Shown: positions 29,017 to 40,299, counted from the stretch's first letter. The stretch: 64,000 nt of DNA from Candidatus Hydrogenedentota bacterium (GCA_963745075.1 CAVUWV010000031.1:160001-224000); one strand, 5' to 3'. The notes: a model not told the origin generated them from the letters alone. A program made the numbers and translations.

Positions 29017-29791
29017 TACGAATCTTTCTTACATAATCCACCGGGTCTATACCTCCCGTAATATCCATAGGCGGGGCTTCCGAAATCTTGAGGTACTTGG
29101 GATCTGGAATCTTGTCGAAATCGTGAATTTCGATTGCAACCGGTACGCCTTTGTCCGTAAATCGGGCTTTCCCGTAGACTTCAATTTGTTTATGTAAGAA
29201 ACCTTCGCTAAGACGGTCGATTTCAGTTTCAGGAAAGATACATTTGATCTTTTGGCCCGTTGCTTCTTCTTGGATGACAAACTCGTGATGATCATCGGAA
29301 GTTCTTATATCATATAGCTTACCATTAAAGGTCGTTATCTCGCTATGATAGGCTTGGACTCTTAACTGCTGGATGTTCGCGTTCGCGTGCATGGTAGGTG
29401 TAACTTGCCCATATTCCGATGACTTAAATGCGACCGTATTTACGTCTTTGAGAACGCCTACAATCTTTTGAACCGAATCCAGATCGGTGTCACTGAAATT
29501 TTTCGGCAACTTCTTCTTTTGCTCGATAGATCTCAGTCCGCCCATATATTCGCCAATAACCTTCCTTGGGAACGCGGGTTTGCGTTTATTTTGTCCGGTA
29601 ATCGTTAGCATAAGTGGGCTTTTCATGCTTATCTTAGTTATTGCCCATTCTACTTCTATGTCTTTGTCTATTGCCTCTGCGAGGCCACGAAGAACGCCGA
29701 TAGTGTTATTCAACACTGTGACAAAGGAATTGATCGGAACGATACCGCGCTCCGCATCAATCACGATTGTCAACTCCGCTTTCTTTCGCAT
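29000..29791 (-). CDS. Hypothetical protein, probable C-terminal OB-like fold and antitoxin-like tail (IS passenger)
   Basis: 263-aa ORF overlapping the PIN gene; ends DITGGIDPVDYVRKIRNGE. Confidence 0.75.
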   Translation of the reverse strand: MRKKAELTIVIDAERGIVPINSFVTVLNNTIGVLRGLAEAIDKDIEVEWAITKISMKSPLMLTITGQNKRKPAFPRKVIGEYMGGLRSIEQKKKLPKNFSDTDLDSVQKIVGVLKDVNTVAFKSSEYGQVTPTMHANANIQQLRVQAYHSEITTFNGKLYDIRTSDDHHEFVIQEEATGQKIKCIFPETEIDRLSEGFLHKQIEVYGKARFTDKGVPVAIEIHDFDKIPDPKYLKISEAPPMDITGGIDPVDYVRKIRNGERF

Positions 29792-29821
29792 CTTCTACCT
29801 CTTTGAGGTTTAGGTAAAAAG

Positions 29822-30754
29822 TTATGAAACGCATTCTCCGATGAGACGATCATACGTCAACCGCTTACCAGCGATGGACTTCATTGCCGCATCGAATCGT
29901 TCCCGATCTGTCGCTCTACGGTTATTATACCGGAAAGCCTGCTCATCAAGGTATCGAAAAAGATGGAACGGTTCGACAGAAACATAGGTGCCTTTGAGTC
30001 CACGCTTTAGCAAGCTCCAGAAATTCTCCAGGCCGTTCGTGTGGACATTGCCTTTAGCATACGCCTCTGCATGGTCAATCACATGATGGACGAAATCCCG
30101 GGACAATCCATTGTAGCTTGCCAGTGCATCCGTGTGGACTTTCGATCCCTTTTTCACATGCCTGTGCACAATCGGTTGCACCGTCTTTCTGCGCGGATTC
30201 GGGATTAGTTCGGTGCGTACTTCGCCGTGACGTTCCAGAATACCCATAACGATGGTTTTACCAACCATACCAGTGCCTTTAGCCTTGCGTTTCCCCTTGT
30301 GCATATTGCGGGCTTTGCCGCCGATGTAGCTTTCATCTACCTCGACTTCGCCCGAGAGCTTCCCGCCATCGTATTCATCCTGTAAAACAAGGCGCAGACG
30401 ATGCATCATAAACCACGCGGACTTCTGCGTAATTCCAAGGGCGCGGCTAATTTCGTAAGAGGAAACGCCATTCTTAGCGCTCACGATAACCCATAACGCT
30501 ACAAGCCACTTATCTAATCCAAGTGGACTATCCTCAAATACGGTATTATAACGGACGCTGAAGGACTTCCTACAATCACGGCACTGGAACTTACGGCGTG
30601 TGGGAAGATAGGTCACTTTCCCTGAATCGCAATGGACGCAATGAACACCATCAGGCCAGCGGTGCGCTATGAGTGTGTCATGACAGGTGTCGAAGTCGGA
30701 AAAGTACTTGACCGCTTCGATAAGAGTTTCTGGATACTTGACTTGGGAATTCAT
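29822..30754 (-). CDS. IS1595 family (ISXO2-like) DDE transposase
   Basis: RWPDG, CxxC...CxxC zinc ribbon, EVEVDESYIGG, HTDA, HTNGLENFWS..KR, YLDE..FRYN. Confidence 0.95.
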   Translation of the reverse strand: MNSQVKYPETLIEAVKYFSDFDTCHDTLIAHRWPDGVHCVHCDSGKVTYLPTRRKFQCRDCRKSFSVRYNTVFEDSPLGLDKWLVALWVIVSAKNGVSSYEISRALGITQKSAWFMMHRLRLVLQDEYDGGKLSGEVEVDESYIGGKARNMHKGKRKAKGTGMVGKTIVMGILERHGEVRTELIPNPRRKTVQPIVHRHVKKGSKVHTDALASYNGLSRDFVHHVIDHAEAYAKGNVHTNGLENFWSLLKRGLKGTYVSVEPFHLFRYLDEQAFRYNNRRATDRERFDAAMKSIAGKRLTYDRLIGECVS

Positions 30755-30783
30755 TGGGTTTAATCTCCCTCTAATCTAAACCC

Positions 30784-30812
30784 ATTATATCATGAAAAGT
30801 ATGAGTCGTCAA
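30784..30812 (-). promoter_or_regulatory. sigma70 promoter of the IS transposase (TTGACG-17-TATAAT), with -35 inside the TIR
   Basis: Minus strand reads TTGACG actcatacttttcatga TATAAT; TG lies upstream of the -10. Confidence 0.8.
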
Positions 30813-31092
30813 GTATGTTATTGCCCTTCTTAGGCAGTATCGCCATCTCGTCTTGCCGTCCGCGCATTTGACGATGTCTTTTGCAACGTCTTGCGAATCA
30901 AGACTTGAAATATCCAATTCAAGGTCATCACAGACGGCGCGGAAGGCCTTGTCCGCCTCTTGCGGTAGCAAAACGGCGGTTACCGGGACATATTCTCCGC
31001 CACGGGTCGTTATCTCAAGGCACCCGCCGGTTTTCCCTGGCGATTGTAATCTTCCCGTCAATTGCCGAAACCTGCAAAGTCTGGATACACAT

Positions 31093-31398
31093 TCACGCCA
31101 TGACCTCTCGTCCATATTGTTCAATTCTATCAAGAATCGTCTGGAGTGCAGCCTTGACACAATCGTCGTCGAGTCGGTTCACGATCAGGACAGATGAAGC
31201 AACGACGAACTCTTGTTCTTTGAGTATATCGGCAAGATATGCCTTCGTATAAACGGAGAACGCGTAGGTATTCAGGAAATTGTCCTGAGACGAGTTCTCA
31301 TCACCAACCTCGACGTACATTTCCGTTGTCGCGTATAGAGGATTGCATGGTGAATCATTCGGGTATTGTAGATAATAGAACGCCGTTATCTTACGCAC
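31093..31398 (-). CDS. Small protein resembling Imm8 polymorphic-toxin immunity family
   Basis: GTG start with AAGGGG RBS; pattern YVEVG...F.F.VYT..YL...LIVNRLD. Family assignment is by recall only. Confidence 0.45.
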   Translation of the reverse strand: MRKITAFYYLQYPNDSPCNPLYATTEMYVEVGDENSSQDNFLNTYAFSVYTKAYLADILKEQEFVVASSVLIVNRLDDDCVKAALQTILDRIEQYGREVMA

Positions 31399-31459
31399 TT
31401 CAATCCCCTTTCCGAGGTGGGCATACAGAAAATAGTGGACACAATACTCAATCGTTCCG

Positions 31460-32996
31460 TCAAAACATCTGCCTGTCCAGACTCCGGTACTGGATCGCTT
31501 CGCTGACGTGGTTGTCGGCAATGGATTCGGCGCCGTCGAGGTCGGCGAGGGTTCGGGCGACGCGGAGGACTTTGTCGTAGGCGCGGGCGCTGAAGCCGAG
31601 CTGGTTGATGGCTTGTTCGAGGAGGGCGTTGGCGCTGTCGGCGATGACGCAGTGGTCGCGGATAGCTTTCGAGTCGAGGTGGGCGTTGCAGGTGTACGCG
31701 CCGTCGTAGCGGGCCCGCTGCCGGTCGCGGGCGGCTTGCACCTCGGCGCGGACTTCCGCGCTGGTGGGTCCGCTGGGCCGCCGGTCAATCAATTCCTCGA
31801 AACTCAGCGGGGGCACGTCGATGTGGATGTCGATGCGGTCGAGCAAGGGCCCGGAGAGACGCGCCATGTAGCGTTGCACCTCGCCGACGCTGCACCGGCA
31901 TTGGCGTTTTGGATCGGTGCGGCAGCCGCAGGGGCAGGGGTTCATCGCGACGACGAGCATGAACCGGCTCGGGAAGGTGACGGAATACATGGCCCGGCGA
32001 ATGTGGACCAGCCCTTCTTCGAGGGGTTGGCGGAGGACTTCCAGGGCGCTACGGTTGAACTCGGGCAACTCGTCGAGGAACAGGACGCCGTGGTGGGCGA
32101 GACTGACTTCTCCGGGCGTGGGTTGTTGCCCTCCCCCGCCGCCGCTGATGGAGACGGTGGTCGCGGTGTGGTGCGGCGAACGGAAGGGCCGCCGCACGAT
32201 GAGGTCGCCTTTCTCCTGGACGCCGTTTGCGACGCTGTAGATGCGGGTCGTTTCGAGGGCCTCTTCGAAGCTCATGGTGGGCAGAATTCCCGGGAGCCGC
32301 GAGGCGAGCATGGTCTTGCCGGTTCCCGGCGGGCCGATCATGAGGAGGTTGTGCCCGCCCGCCGCGGCCACGGTCAGTGCGCGTTTGACGTGGGCCTGTC
32401 CCTTGACCTCCGTAAGGTCCGGGATGTCGTGGTGGGCCTTATCGATGACCGCCTGCATATCCGTACGGAAGGGCAGAATCTCTTGCGCGTCTGCCATGAA
32501 GCCGACGGCGTCGGTCAGGGTCGCGGCGGGGATGACTTCGATGCCGGGCACGACGCCGGCTTCCTCCGCATTCGCTTCGGGCAGGACAATCCCGCGCAGG
32601 CCCTGTTCGCGCGTGGCGATAGCCATAGACAGGGCGCCGGAAACCGGCCGTAGGGACCCGTCGAGGGCCAACTCGCCCGCGAGAACGTAGTCATTAAACC
32701 GCGGTCCGGCGATCTGTTCGGAGGCCGGCGAGCATCCCCAAGGCAATGGGCAAGTCGAGGGCGCTGCCTTCCTTGCGAATATCGGCGGGCGCGAGATTGA
32801 TGACCGTGATTCCGCGCGGATACCGGAACCCGGAGTTCTTGAGGGCCGAGCCGACGCGTTCCTTGCCTTCCTTGACGGCCGCATCGGGCAAGCCGACGAG
32901 GTAGTACTGGTTGCTGCCGGGGTGGTTGTCGACCTCGATGGCAAGGGGATATCCGTCGATTCCGATAACGGCGCATGATTGGACCCGGGCAAGCAT
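31460..32996 (-). CDS. comM: ComM/YifB Mg-chelatase-like AAA+ ATPase (+1 frameshift near 32725)
   Basis: [62 protein letters not shown]. Confidence 0.93.
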
Positions 32997-33087
32997 GGTT
33001 CGTGCGTTTCCTTGATACAGTCAACCCCTACACTCGACAGCATCTTAGTGTCTGGAGGCGGCGCGTTCAAGAAGACGACTGGGCAGA

Positions 33088-33270
33088 GGAAGAAACATCC
33101 CCCTCGACCCTTCGGGTCTGCCCCCTTCAAAGGGGGATTCCCTGGCCCGCGCTTCGCGGGGCGATTGCGATGAATAAAGGTCTTCAAGTTTGCTGTTTGT
33201 CGTTGCGTTCACCCGAAACCCGGGTCTACGAAACTCCCCCTTCGAAGGGGGATCAAGGGGGATGTTCTTC
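33088..33270. repeat. Pair of inverted REP-like palindromes (CCCCCTTCxAAGGGGGA)
   Basis: GAAACATCCCCCTCGACC...CCCCCTTCAAAGGGGGA and CCCCCTTCGAAGGGGGATCAAGGGGGATGTTC in opposite orientation. Confidence 0.7.
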
Positions 33271-33295
33271 CGTGTCTCGCGACTATGGTCGTGCT

Positions 33296-34093
33296 TCAGC
33301 CCCGGCGGCGCTGGTGGGTGGCGCAATAGTAGGTGGTGCGACCGCCGGCGGTCGTGGTCTTGAGCGGCCGGCGGCACTTGGGACACAGGCCGGTGTAGTT
33401 CCGGTGCCGGAGGAGGAAGCGATCGGACAGTTTCTCGTAGCGGGTTTCGACGGCGAGGGACGCATTGAATACGTCCATCATGGCGTTATAAAGCGCATCG
33501 ACGGTCTGGGGCTTCAGGTTGGAGGCCCGGGTCTCGGGATGCAGGCCGCATTGAAACAGCATCTCATCGGCGTACAGATTGCCGATCCCGGCGATGACCT
33601 GCTGGTTAAGCAACATGCCTTTCAGGTTTCCCGTGCGCCCCTTCAACAGGTCTTGGAATGCGTACCGGTCAAAGCCGTCCTGGGTCGGATCGGGTCCCCA
33701 CTTGCGAGCGCGTAGAAATGCGTCGACATCGCGGGTAAGGCCTGCCTCGCCGAACTTGCGGGGGTCGGTGAATACCAGCGAGCCGCCGTCGGCAAACCGG
33801 AGTTTGAGCCGGACATAGCGAGGCAACGCGTCCTCCTTTGATAGGATTCGCACGGTGCCGGTCATGCCGAAGTGGAGGACCAGCCAAGTTCCGGATTCGG
33901 ATTGGAGGAAGAGCCATTTCCCGTGACGGTGGGTCGCTACCAGCGCATGGTCCACCAAGGCCCTGCGCAATGCCGGCACTTTCATGTCGGTCAGGACGGT
34001 AACGTCCGCAACATTGACCTCGGCGATGGTGCGATGCAGGGCGTTGGCGGCGATATACCGGCGGCGGGTCTCCACTTCCGGCAGTTCGGGCAC
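33296..34093 (-). CDS. mutM: Fpg/Nei family DNA glycosylase
   Basis: N-terminal PELPEVET, HFGMTG, DPRKFG, GIGNLYADE, C-terminal zinc finger. Confidence 0.88.
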   Translation of the reverse strand: MPELPEVETRRRYIAANALHRTIAEVNVADVTVLTDMKVPALRRALVDHALVATHRHGKWLFLQSESGTWLVLHFGMTGTVRILSKEDALPRYVRLKLRFADGGSLVFTDPRKFGEAGLTRDVDAFLRARKWGPDPTQDGFDRYAFQDLLKGRTGNLKGMLLNQQVIAGIGNLYADEMLFQCGLHPETRASNLKPQTVDALYNAMMDVFNASLAVETRYEKLSDRFLLRHRNYTGLCPKCRRPLKTTTAGGRTTYYCATHQRRRG

Positions 34094-34618
34094 CGTGTAT
34101 TGGCTCCTTCCTTCGACGTTATCCGTCACTTCGTGGGCGCCATGCTACCACCACCGGAACCCCGGCGCGAATCCTGGCCGGGAGCGCGGGGCCGTCCTCT
34201 TCGCGGAGGCGGGGAGGGCCCGTCAACGTATCGGAAGAGTGCAGCCGTCACCTCTCATGAAGTCGTCGCGGGAGGTTGCCGAAAAGAATGAAGAAAACCA
34301 ATCGAATGCGTAGTCAGTACTTCCGGGAGGTGCGTGCTACCGCGCGCGGGCCTATCCAAATGCCTCGCGCGATTCGAGCATACTCGCACGCACCGCCGTG
34401 CCGGGTTGTCTCGGAATCCGGCTGCGCGGGTGTCGCGACCAAGTCGCGGTAACCTTGGGCGCGTGCGGCCACGCGCGGGTTACCGCCGTTGAGTACGCAG
34501 AGTAAGGTCGCCGAGGGCCCCATACTGATTCCAGCCGATGTATCCATGGGGATTCCCTCTCCAGGATGGGCGAATTATATGCCATGGGGACAGGGAAATG
34601 GCGCGCTTCTTGAACGAT

Positions 34619-34982
34619 GAAATACAGGGACGGACTACTGCTGCGTACGCCTGTTGAAGCGCATGGCGTAGACCGTGTGCACATCGCGCGATGCCCGCGC
34701 CAGCGACTCCTCCCGTTCCGGCACCGCGACGAGGTGAATGTGGTTGGTCATGAGACAATACGCCCAGATGTCCAGGCCATGCCGCTCCCCGTACTTCTTC
34801 AGGAACCGCAGATACGCGTGGCGGTCATCCTCCGTCTCGAAGACGTTTGCCCGCCGATTGCCCCGCTGGGTTACGTGATGCGGATACCCCGGAACAACAA
34901 TGCGTGCCACTCTACTCATCCCCCGACAATAACCGAAAAGCCGGAGAATTGCAATTTAATTCGTAGTCTGTCCCTGAATTTC
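34619..34982 (-). mobile_element. Internally deleted Y1/RAYT-like HUH transposase element (N-terminal half, 34635-34919) bounded by inverted 20-bp ends
   Basis: PHHVTQRGN and YCLMTNHIHL. Ends are GAAATACAGGGACGGACTAC (34619-38) and GTAGTCTGTCCCTGAATTTC (34963-82), 18/20 inverted match. Confidence 0.85.
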
Positions 34983-35288
34983 CCTGAATTTCCCTGGGGA
35001 AGTATCGCAGGGAAGGGGAACGGTTTCTGACTAATTCAGTGCAAGAGTGGGGCTGTAGCGCCAAAAAAGGGCCGCAGCCCCGCAGGGCCACAGTCTGGAG
35101 CAATTCTTTCGAATCAGAAATAGTGGGAAACTGTGGCACGAATCTCTTGCGATATCGGTGCTCGTGGTGCACAATGAACTCAGTAGGGTAATTGCAAGGC
35201 CCCTTTCAAAACTGGATAAGGCGCAGGGCACGTGTCTCCTCTTGAACGTCTGTTCGCGGGACGCATGTCGTGCACCAAGTGAAAAGGA

Positions 35289-36101
35289 ATGCCTAATATG
35301 AAGACGGCGTCCCACATCTATTTCGTTGGTTTGGTTACTTCATTCCCATTGGTGATCACAGGATGCCTCCCTAGTGTCGGTGTGCCGGTTCCCGGTGAGA
35401 CGCGAACATTTGACGGCATCGAGTTTCAGTGGTGTCCGGCCGGGACGTTCACGATGGGGAGTCCGTCGAGTGAAACCGGCCATACGATGGATGAAGCTCA
35501 GCACGAAGTTACGATCAGTAAAGGGTTCTGGCTCTCCAAGTATGAAGTTACGCAAGCACAGTGGCAGGATATCACTGGCGGCAACCCCTCGAATTTCGAC
35601 GATCCAGGATCCGAGAATAGACCCGTAGACCAGGTAACGTGGGAGGGCGTTCAAGATTTCCTCGAGGACTTGAACGCTGCGACATCCGGTGGACCATACC
35701 GATTGCCGACCGAATCGGAATGGGAATATGCCTGCCGGGCGGGCACGACCACTCGATTCCATTGGGGCGACGACCCGACCGAATCAATGATCGGTGATTA
35801 TGCTTGGTACGACGGCAACTCGCAGGATGAAACGCATCCCGTTGGCGGAAAGATGCCGAACCCCTGGGGACTTTACGACATGAACGGAAACGTTTGGGAA
35901 TGGTGCCAGGACTGGTATGGCGATTACCCCGCTGGACCTGTGACCGATCCACAGGGAGCGGCATCGGGAACGCTTCGGGTTTTACGCGGGGGCGGCTGTG
36001 ATTCATATGCCGACGATTGTCGCGCGGCCAACCGCTTTACTTTCAACCCCATCAGCTCATACAGGACGATAGGGTTTCGGATAGTTCGGACTCCAGGTTA
36101 G
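35289..36101 (+). CDS. Formylglycine-generating-enzyme (FGE-sulfatase/SUMF1) domain lipoprotein
   Basis: Lipobox ITGC; FTMGS, YRLPTESEWEYACRAG, GLYDMNGNVWEW, GFR. Confidence 0.9.
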   Translation: MPNMKTASHIYFVGLVTSFPLVITGCLPSVGVPVPGETRTFDGIEFQWCPAGTFTMGSPSSETGHTMDEAQHEVTISKGFWLSKYEVTQAQWQDITGGNPSNFDDPGSENRPVDQVTWEGVQDFLEDLNAATSGGPYRLPTESEWEYACRAGTTTRFHWGDDPTESMIGDYAWYDGNSQDETHPVGGKMPNPWGLYDMNGNVWEWCQDWYGDYPAGPVTDPQGAASGTLRVLRGGGCDSYADDCRAANRFTFNPISSYRTIGFRIVRTPG

Positions 36102-36702
36102 AAACCGCTGATTTCATCTTCACGCGACTGAGGGTTAGCCTGTAGCAGGCCTTAAAACGACCGCGAGACGGCGCAACATGTCCTCGGCAACCGACGGTAG
36201 TGTGTTCAGAGCGCGAAGGTGGGATCGTTATAATTGGAGAAAAGGCCGCAACGTTACGGCCTGTCCAAATCTCCACGTAGACTTTCTCTTGGGCTTCTTC
36301 GGCCACGGGATAACGCTCTCCGGGGCCGGTGGAACGTAGCCCATGCCCTTGTAAAGCCAATCCGTACCTTTTGAATTCCATATGCATGTTGGAGTAGATT
36401 CCGTGCGCAAGATCTTTTCTGGTTTTTCCGTATGTTCGATTCCGAGTGTTTGGCCTGTCGTCTGGGGCTGGTGCTTGCGGACACCGGGGCGCTGCTGCGG
36501 GTGTCCGGTTCGTACCATGCGGAGTTCTTTCCGAGCTTCAGGTTTGTCCTCGACCCCGCTCCGGCTTGAACTTCCGGTTCCCGGCGGCGGTTTCTGCGGA
36601 GCAGGCGGACGCCCCGGCTGCTGTGCGTGCGAGGGGCAGCGTTCATCCAGTGATTCAGTGGTGCACTTCCAATAATCCGGTTCGTGTATCAAGGAGCAAC
36701 CC

Positions 36703-39700
36703 ATGAGAAGCATTAGCAAGGCATGGAGCGCGTGGACGGTGTTGGCGGCGCTGGCGTGGGTGGCTGCGCCGGTAGTGGCCCACGGGCAATTCACGGAGGA
36801 CACGAGCGCCAACCTCACCGGGGTGTTTGGTTCTAGCGCGGCGTGGGGTGATTACGATAGCGACGGGGACCTGGACATCCTCCTCACCGGGGACACGGGC
36901 AGCGGCTATGTCTCAACGGTTTACCGAAACAACGGCGACGGAACTTTCACGGATATTGCCGCCAGCCTCACGGCGGTAGCGAGTTCCAGCGTGGCGTGGG
37001 GCGACTACGATAACGACGGGGACCTGGACATCCTCCTCACCGGGGACACGGGCAGCGGCTATGTCTCGGAGGTTTACCGGAACAACGGGGATGGCACCTT
37101 CACGGACATCGCCGCCAGCCTCACGGCGGTAGCGAGTTCCAGCGTGGCGTGGGGCGACTACGATAACGACGGGGACCTGGACATCCTCCTCACCGGGGAC
37201 ACGGGCAGCGGCTATGTCTCGGAGGTTTACCGGAACAACGGGGATGGCACCTTCACGGACATCGCCGCCAGCCTCACGGCGGTAGCGAGTTCCAGCGTGG
37301 CGTGGGGCGACTACGATAACGACGGGGACCTGGACATCCTCCTCACCGGGGACACGGGCAGCGGCTATGTCTCGGAGGTTTACCGGAACAACGGGGACGA
37401 AACGTTCACGGATATCGCGGCCGGACTCACCGCCGTGACCGCATCGAGCGCGGCGTGGGGTGATTACGACAACGACGGGGACCTGGACATCCTCCTCACC
37501 GGGGACACGGGCAGCGGCTATGTCTCGGAGGTTTACCGGAACAACGGGGACGAAACGTTCACGGATATCGCGGCCGGACTCACCGCCGTGACCGCATCGA
37601 GCGCGGCGTGGGGTGATTACGACAACGACGGGGACCTGGACATCCTCCTCACGGGGTACGACGCTGGCATCAACCGCGTCTCGAAGGTTTATCGGAACAA
37701 CGGGGATGGCACGTTCACGGACATCGCCGCCAGCCTCACGGCGGTAGCGAGTTCCAGCGTGGCGTGGGGCGACTACGATAACGACGGGGACTTGGACGTC
37801 GTCCTCACGGGGGCGGACGCCGGTTCCAATGGTGTGTCGAAGGTGTACCGGAACGACCTGCCCCCGGTGCTGGCCAACACCTTCACAGACGTCGCCGCCG
37901 GCCTCACCGGTGTGGACTTGGGCAGAGTGGCGTGGGGGGACTACGATAACGACGGGGACCTGGACATCCTTCTCACCGGGTTTGCGGCCGGCGCCATTGC
38001 CGTTTCTAAGGTATATCGAAACAACGGGGACGGCACCTTTACGGACATTGCCGCCGGTCTGCCCGGACTCTACATTTCCGGCGCGATGTGGGGGGACTTC
38101 GACAATGACGGAGACCTGGACATACTTCTCGTCGGAGACATGAGCGATACCCGCGTAGCTGGGATTTACCGGAACAACGGCGACAACACCTTCACGGAGA
38201 CCATGGGTACAGGACTGACCGGTGTGCTTTACGGCAACGTGGCGTGTGGGGATTACGACCACGACGGGGACCTGGACATCCTTCTTGCCGGATTTGATGC
38301 CACCGTCACGCTTGTCTCAACGGTTTACCGAAACAACGGCGACGGAACTTTCACGGATATTGCCGCCGGCCTGCCCGGAGTATCCGCCTCGAGCGTGGCG
38401 TGGGGCGACTATGATCACGACGGGGACCTGGACATCCTACTTGCCGGATTTGGCGCCGGTAGTGCGCCTGTCTCAAACGTCTACCGGAACAACGGGGACG
38501 AAACGTTCACGGATATCGCGGCCGGACTCACTGCCGTGACCGCATCGAGCGCGGCGTGGGGTGATTACGACAACGACGGGAACCTGGACATCCTCCTCGC
38601 AGGAATTGATGCCGGCGATACTCGTCTGGCAAAGGTTTACCGGAACAACGGGGATGGCAGCTTTACGGACATCACGGCTGGCCTCACCGGGGTGCAGGAT
38701 TCGAGCATGGTATGGGGCGACTACGATAACGACGGGGACCTGGACATCCTCCTCACCGGATCGGTCTCGAGTTCTGAAGCCGACGCAATCGCGAAGGTTT
38801 ACCGGAACAACGGGGATGGCACCTTCACGGACATCGCCGCCGGTCTTACCGAGGTGGCGTATTCAAATGTGGCGTGGGGGGATTACGACAACGACGGAGA
38901 CCTGGACGTCCTTCTTACTGGATTGGACGTCGGTTCCAATGGTGTGTCGAAGGTGTACCGGAACGACAACGTCCGGGCGCCTTCATTCGCGGTTAACGAC
39001 GTGACGCTTGACGAGGGAAACTCCGGCACGACGAGTTTCACATTTACGGTTACACGTGACCACAACCAGAGCGAAGCCTGGGTAGACGCCGCCACGACCA
39101 ACGTTTCCGCCATGGCGGGCAACGACTACACGGCCGTGACCGCTACGACCCTCCATTTCACGGCGGGAGGGGCGCTGTCCCAGCAGGTGACGGTGGACGT
39201 GGTGGGCGATTTGAGTGAGGAACCGGACGAGACTTTCCATCTCAACCTAGCGAACCCCGTAGACGCGGTCCTCGGGGACAGCCAGGGCCTGGGGACCATC
39301 CTCAACGATGATATCCCGCCGTCGATGACCACTCAACCTCAGAGATCAGGATGTCTGCGCGGGGACCGACGCCGTGTTCTCGGCGGCGGCTGCCGGTTCC
39401 CCGGCACCAACAGCGCAGTGGCAGGTGGACAACGGCAGCGGGTTTGCGGACATCCCCGGTGCGACCTCAACGACTCTGACGGTCTCCGCGCCAGACGCGA
39501 ACCTAAACGGGAACCACTACCGGGCCGTGTTCTCGAACGGGGTCAATAGCACCATGTCCGACCCGGCAACGCTCAGCGTAACAAGTACACCGGACGTGAG
39601 CGGTGTCGTCGTGACGGCGACGGACGGTGCGTTCCCTGACCACATCGACGTGACTTGGACAGCCGCACTGAACGCGACGGAGTACCAGGTGTGGCGTGCC

Positions 39701-40045
39701 ACGAAACAGAATCTGAACGGCGCAGCATTGGTCCGCGATTGGTCATCCGCGTTGCACTTCAGCGACAGCAACGTAGGCAGCATGCAGGCGGGTGGATTTC
39801 GATGTCCAGGCCAGGCGGCAGCGATGAAGTATTACTATTACGTGGTGGCCCGCAACCCGTGCTTCGAGAGCGTCCCGAGTTCGGCGGACAGCGGCTACGC
39901 ATCGTCGGCCAAGGGTCTTGGTACGTCTCAGGCGGGGCTCCTGGCTCCTGGAAGCGGCTTGGGTGAATTTCTGCTGTTCCTGGCGGCCTGCCTGGCCGGT
40001 GTCCGTGCGAAAAGGCGCAAACCAGCAGAAAGCGCCGCGAACTGA
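36703..40045 (+). CDS. Secreted FG-GAP/VCBS repeat protein with Calx-beta, Ig and FN3-like domains and a C-terminal anchor (+1 frameshift near 39342)
   Basis: 14 GD(Y/F)DxDGxLD repeats; Calx-beta EGNSG...EPDETF; continues as the 39374-40045 ORF. Confidence 0.88.
36961..37800 (+). repeat. Near-identical 153-bp intragenic tandem repeats
   Basis: Identical units start at 36961, 37114 and 37267; two further near-identical variant units follow. Confidence 0.9.
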
Positions 40046-40299
40046 ATCCCGTTTCCATCGCTCTGTAAAGCGGGCTGCAGGTATCGGCGTCGGGCCGGAC
40101 AAGTTGGGATGTGCGGTCGAGGGCATAGCGCGCATTGTGGGAATATTGCGGCCAGTTTGTAAACTAATGCTCTAATGTTGTGACAGCACCTGCGGTCGCC
40201 TGTACGTTCTATGGTAGGGTCGTTCGGACTATTCCGCGCATTCACAAGTTCGGAATAGCAGTCTTTGGGAAGGTAACACAACCAGTAAGAGGGTATGCC

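Larger units (their letters stand above)
28314..30825 (-). mobile_element. Complete IS1595-family element carrying two passenger genes
   Basis: 24-bp TIRs at 28314-28337 and 30802-30825 (22/24 match); 8-bp TSD CTTCTTAG at 28306-28313 and 30826-30833; interior visibly AT-rich. Confidence 0.95.

Noticed and set aside
32997..33187. N-terminal extension of the 575-aa comM ORF
   Set aside because: Artefact of the frameshift; the true N-terminus MLARVQS starts at 32996 in another frame.
36101..36700. Short ORFs between the FGE and FG-GAP genes
   Set aside because: No recognisable motifs or RBS support; left uncalled.
36840..38960. Regularly spaced DNA repeats as a possible CRISPR array or DGR template/variable pair
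   Set aside because: In-frame 153-bp protein repeats; no unique spacers, cas genes, reverse transcriptase or adenine-specific variation.
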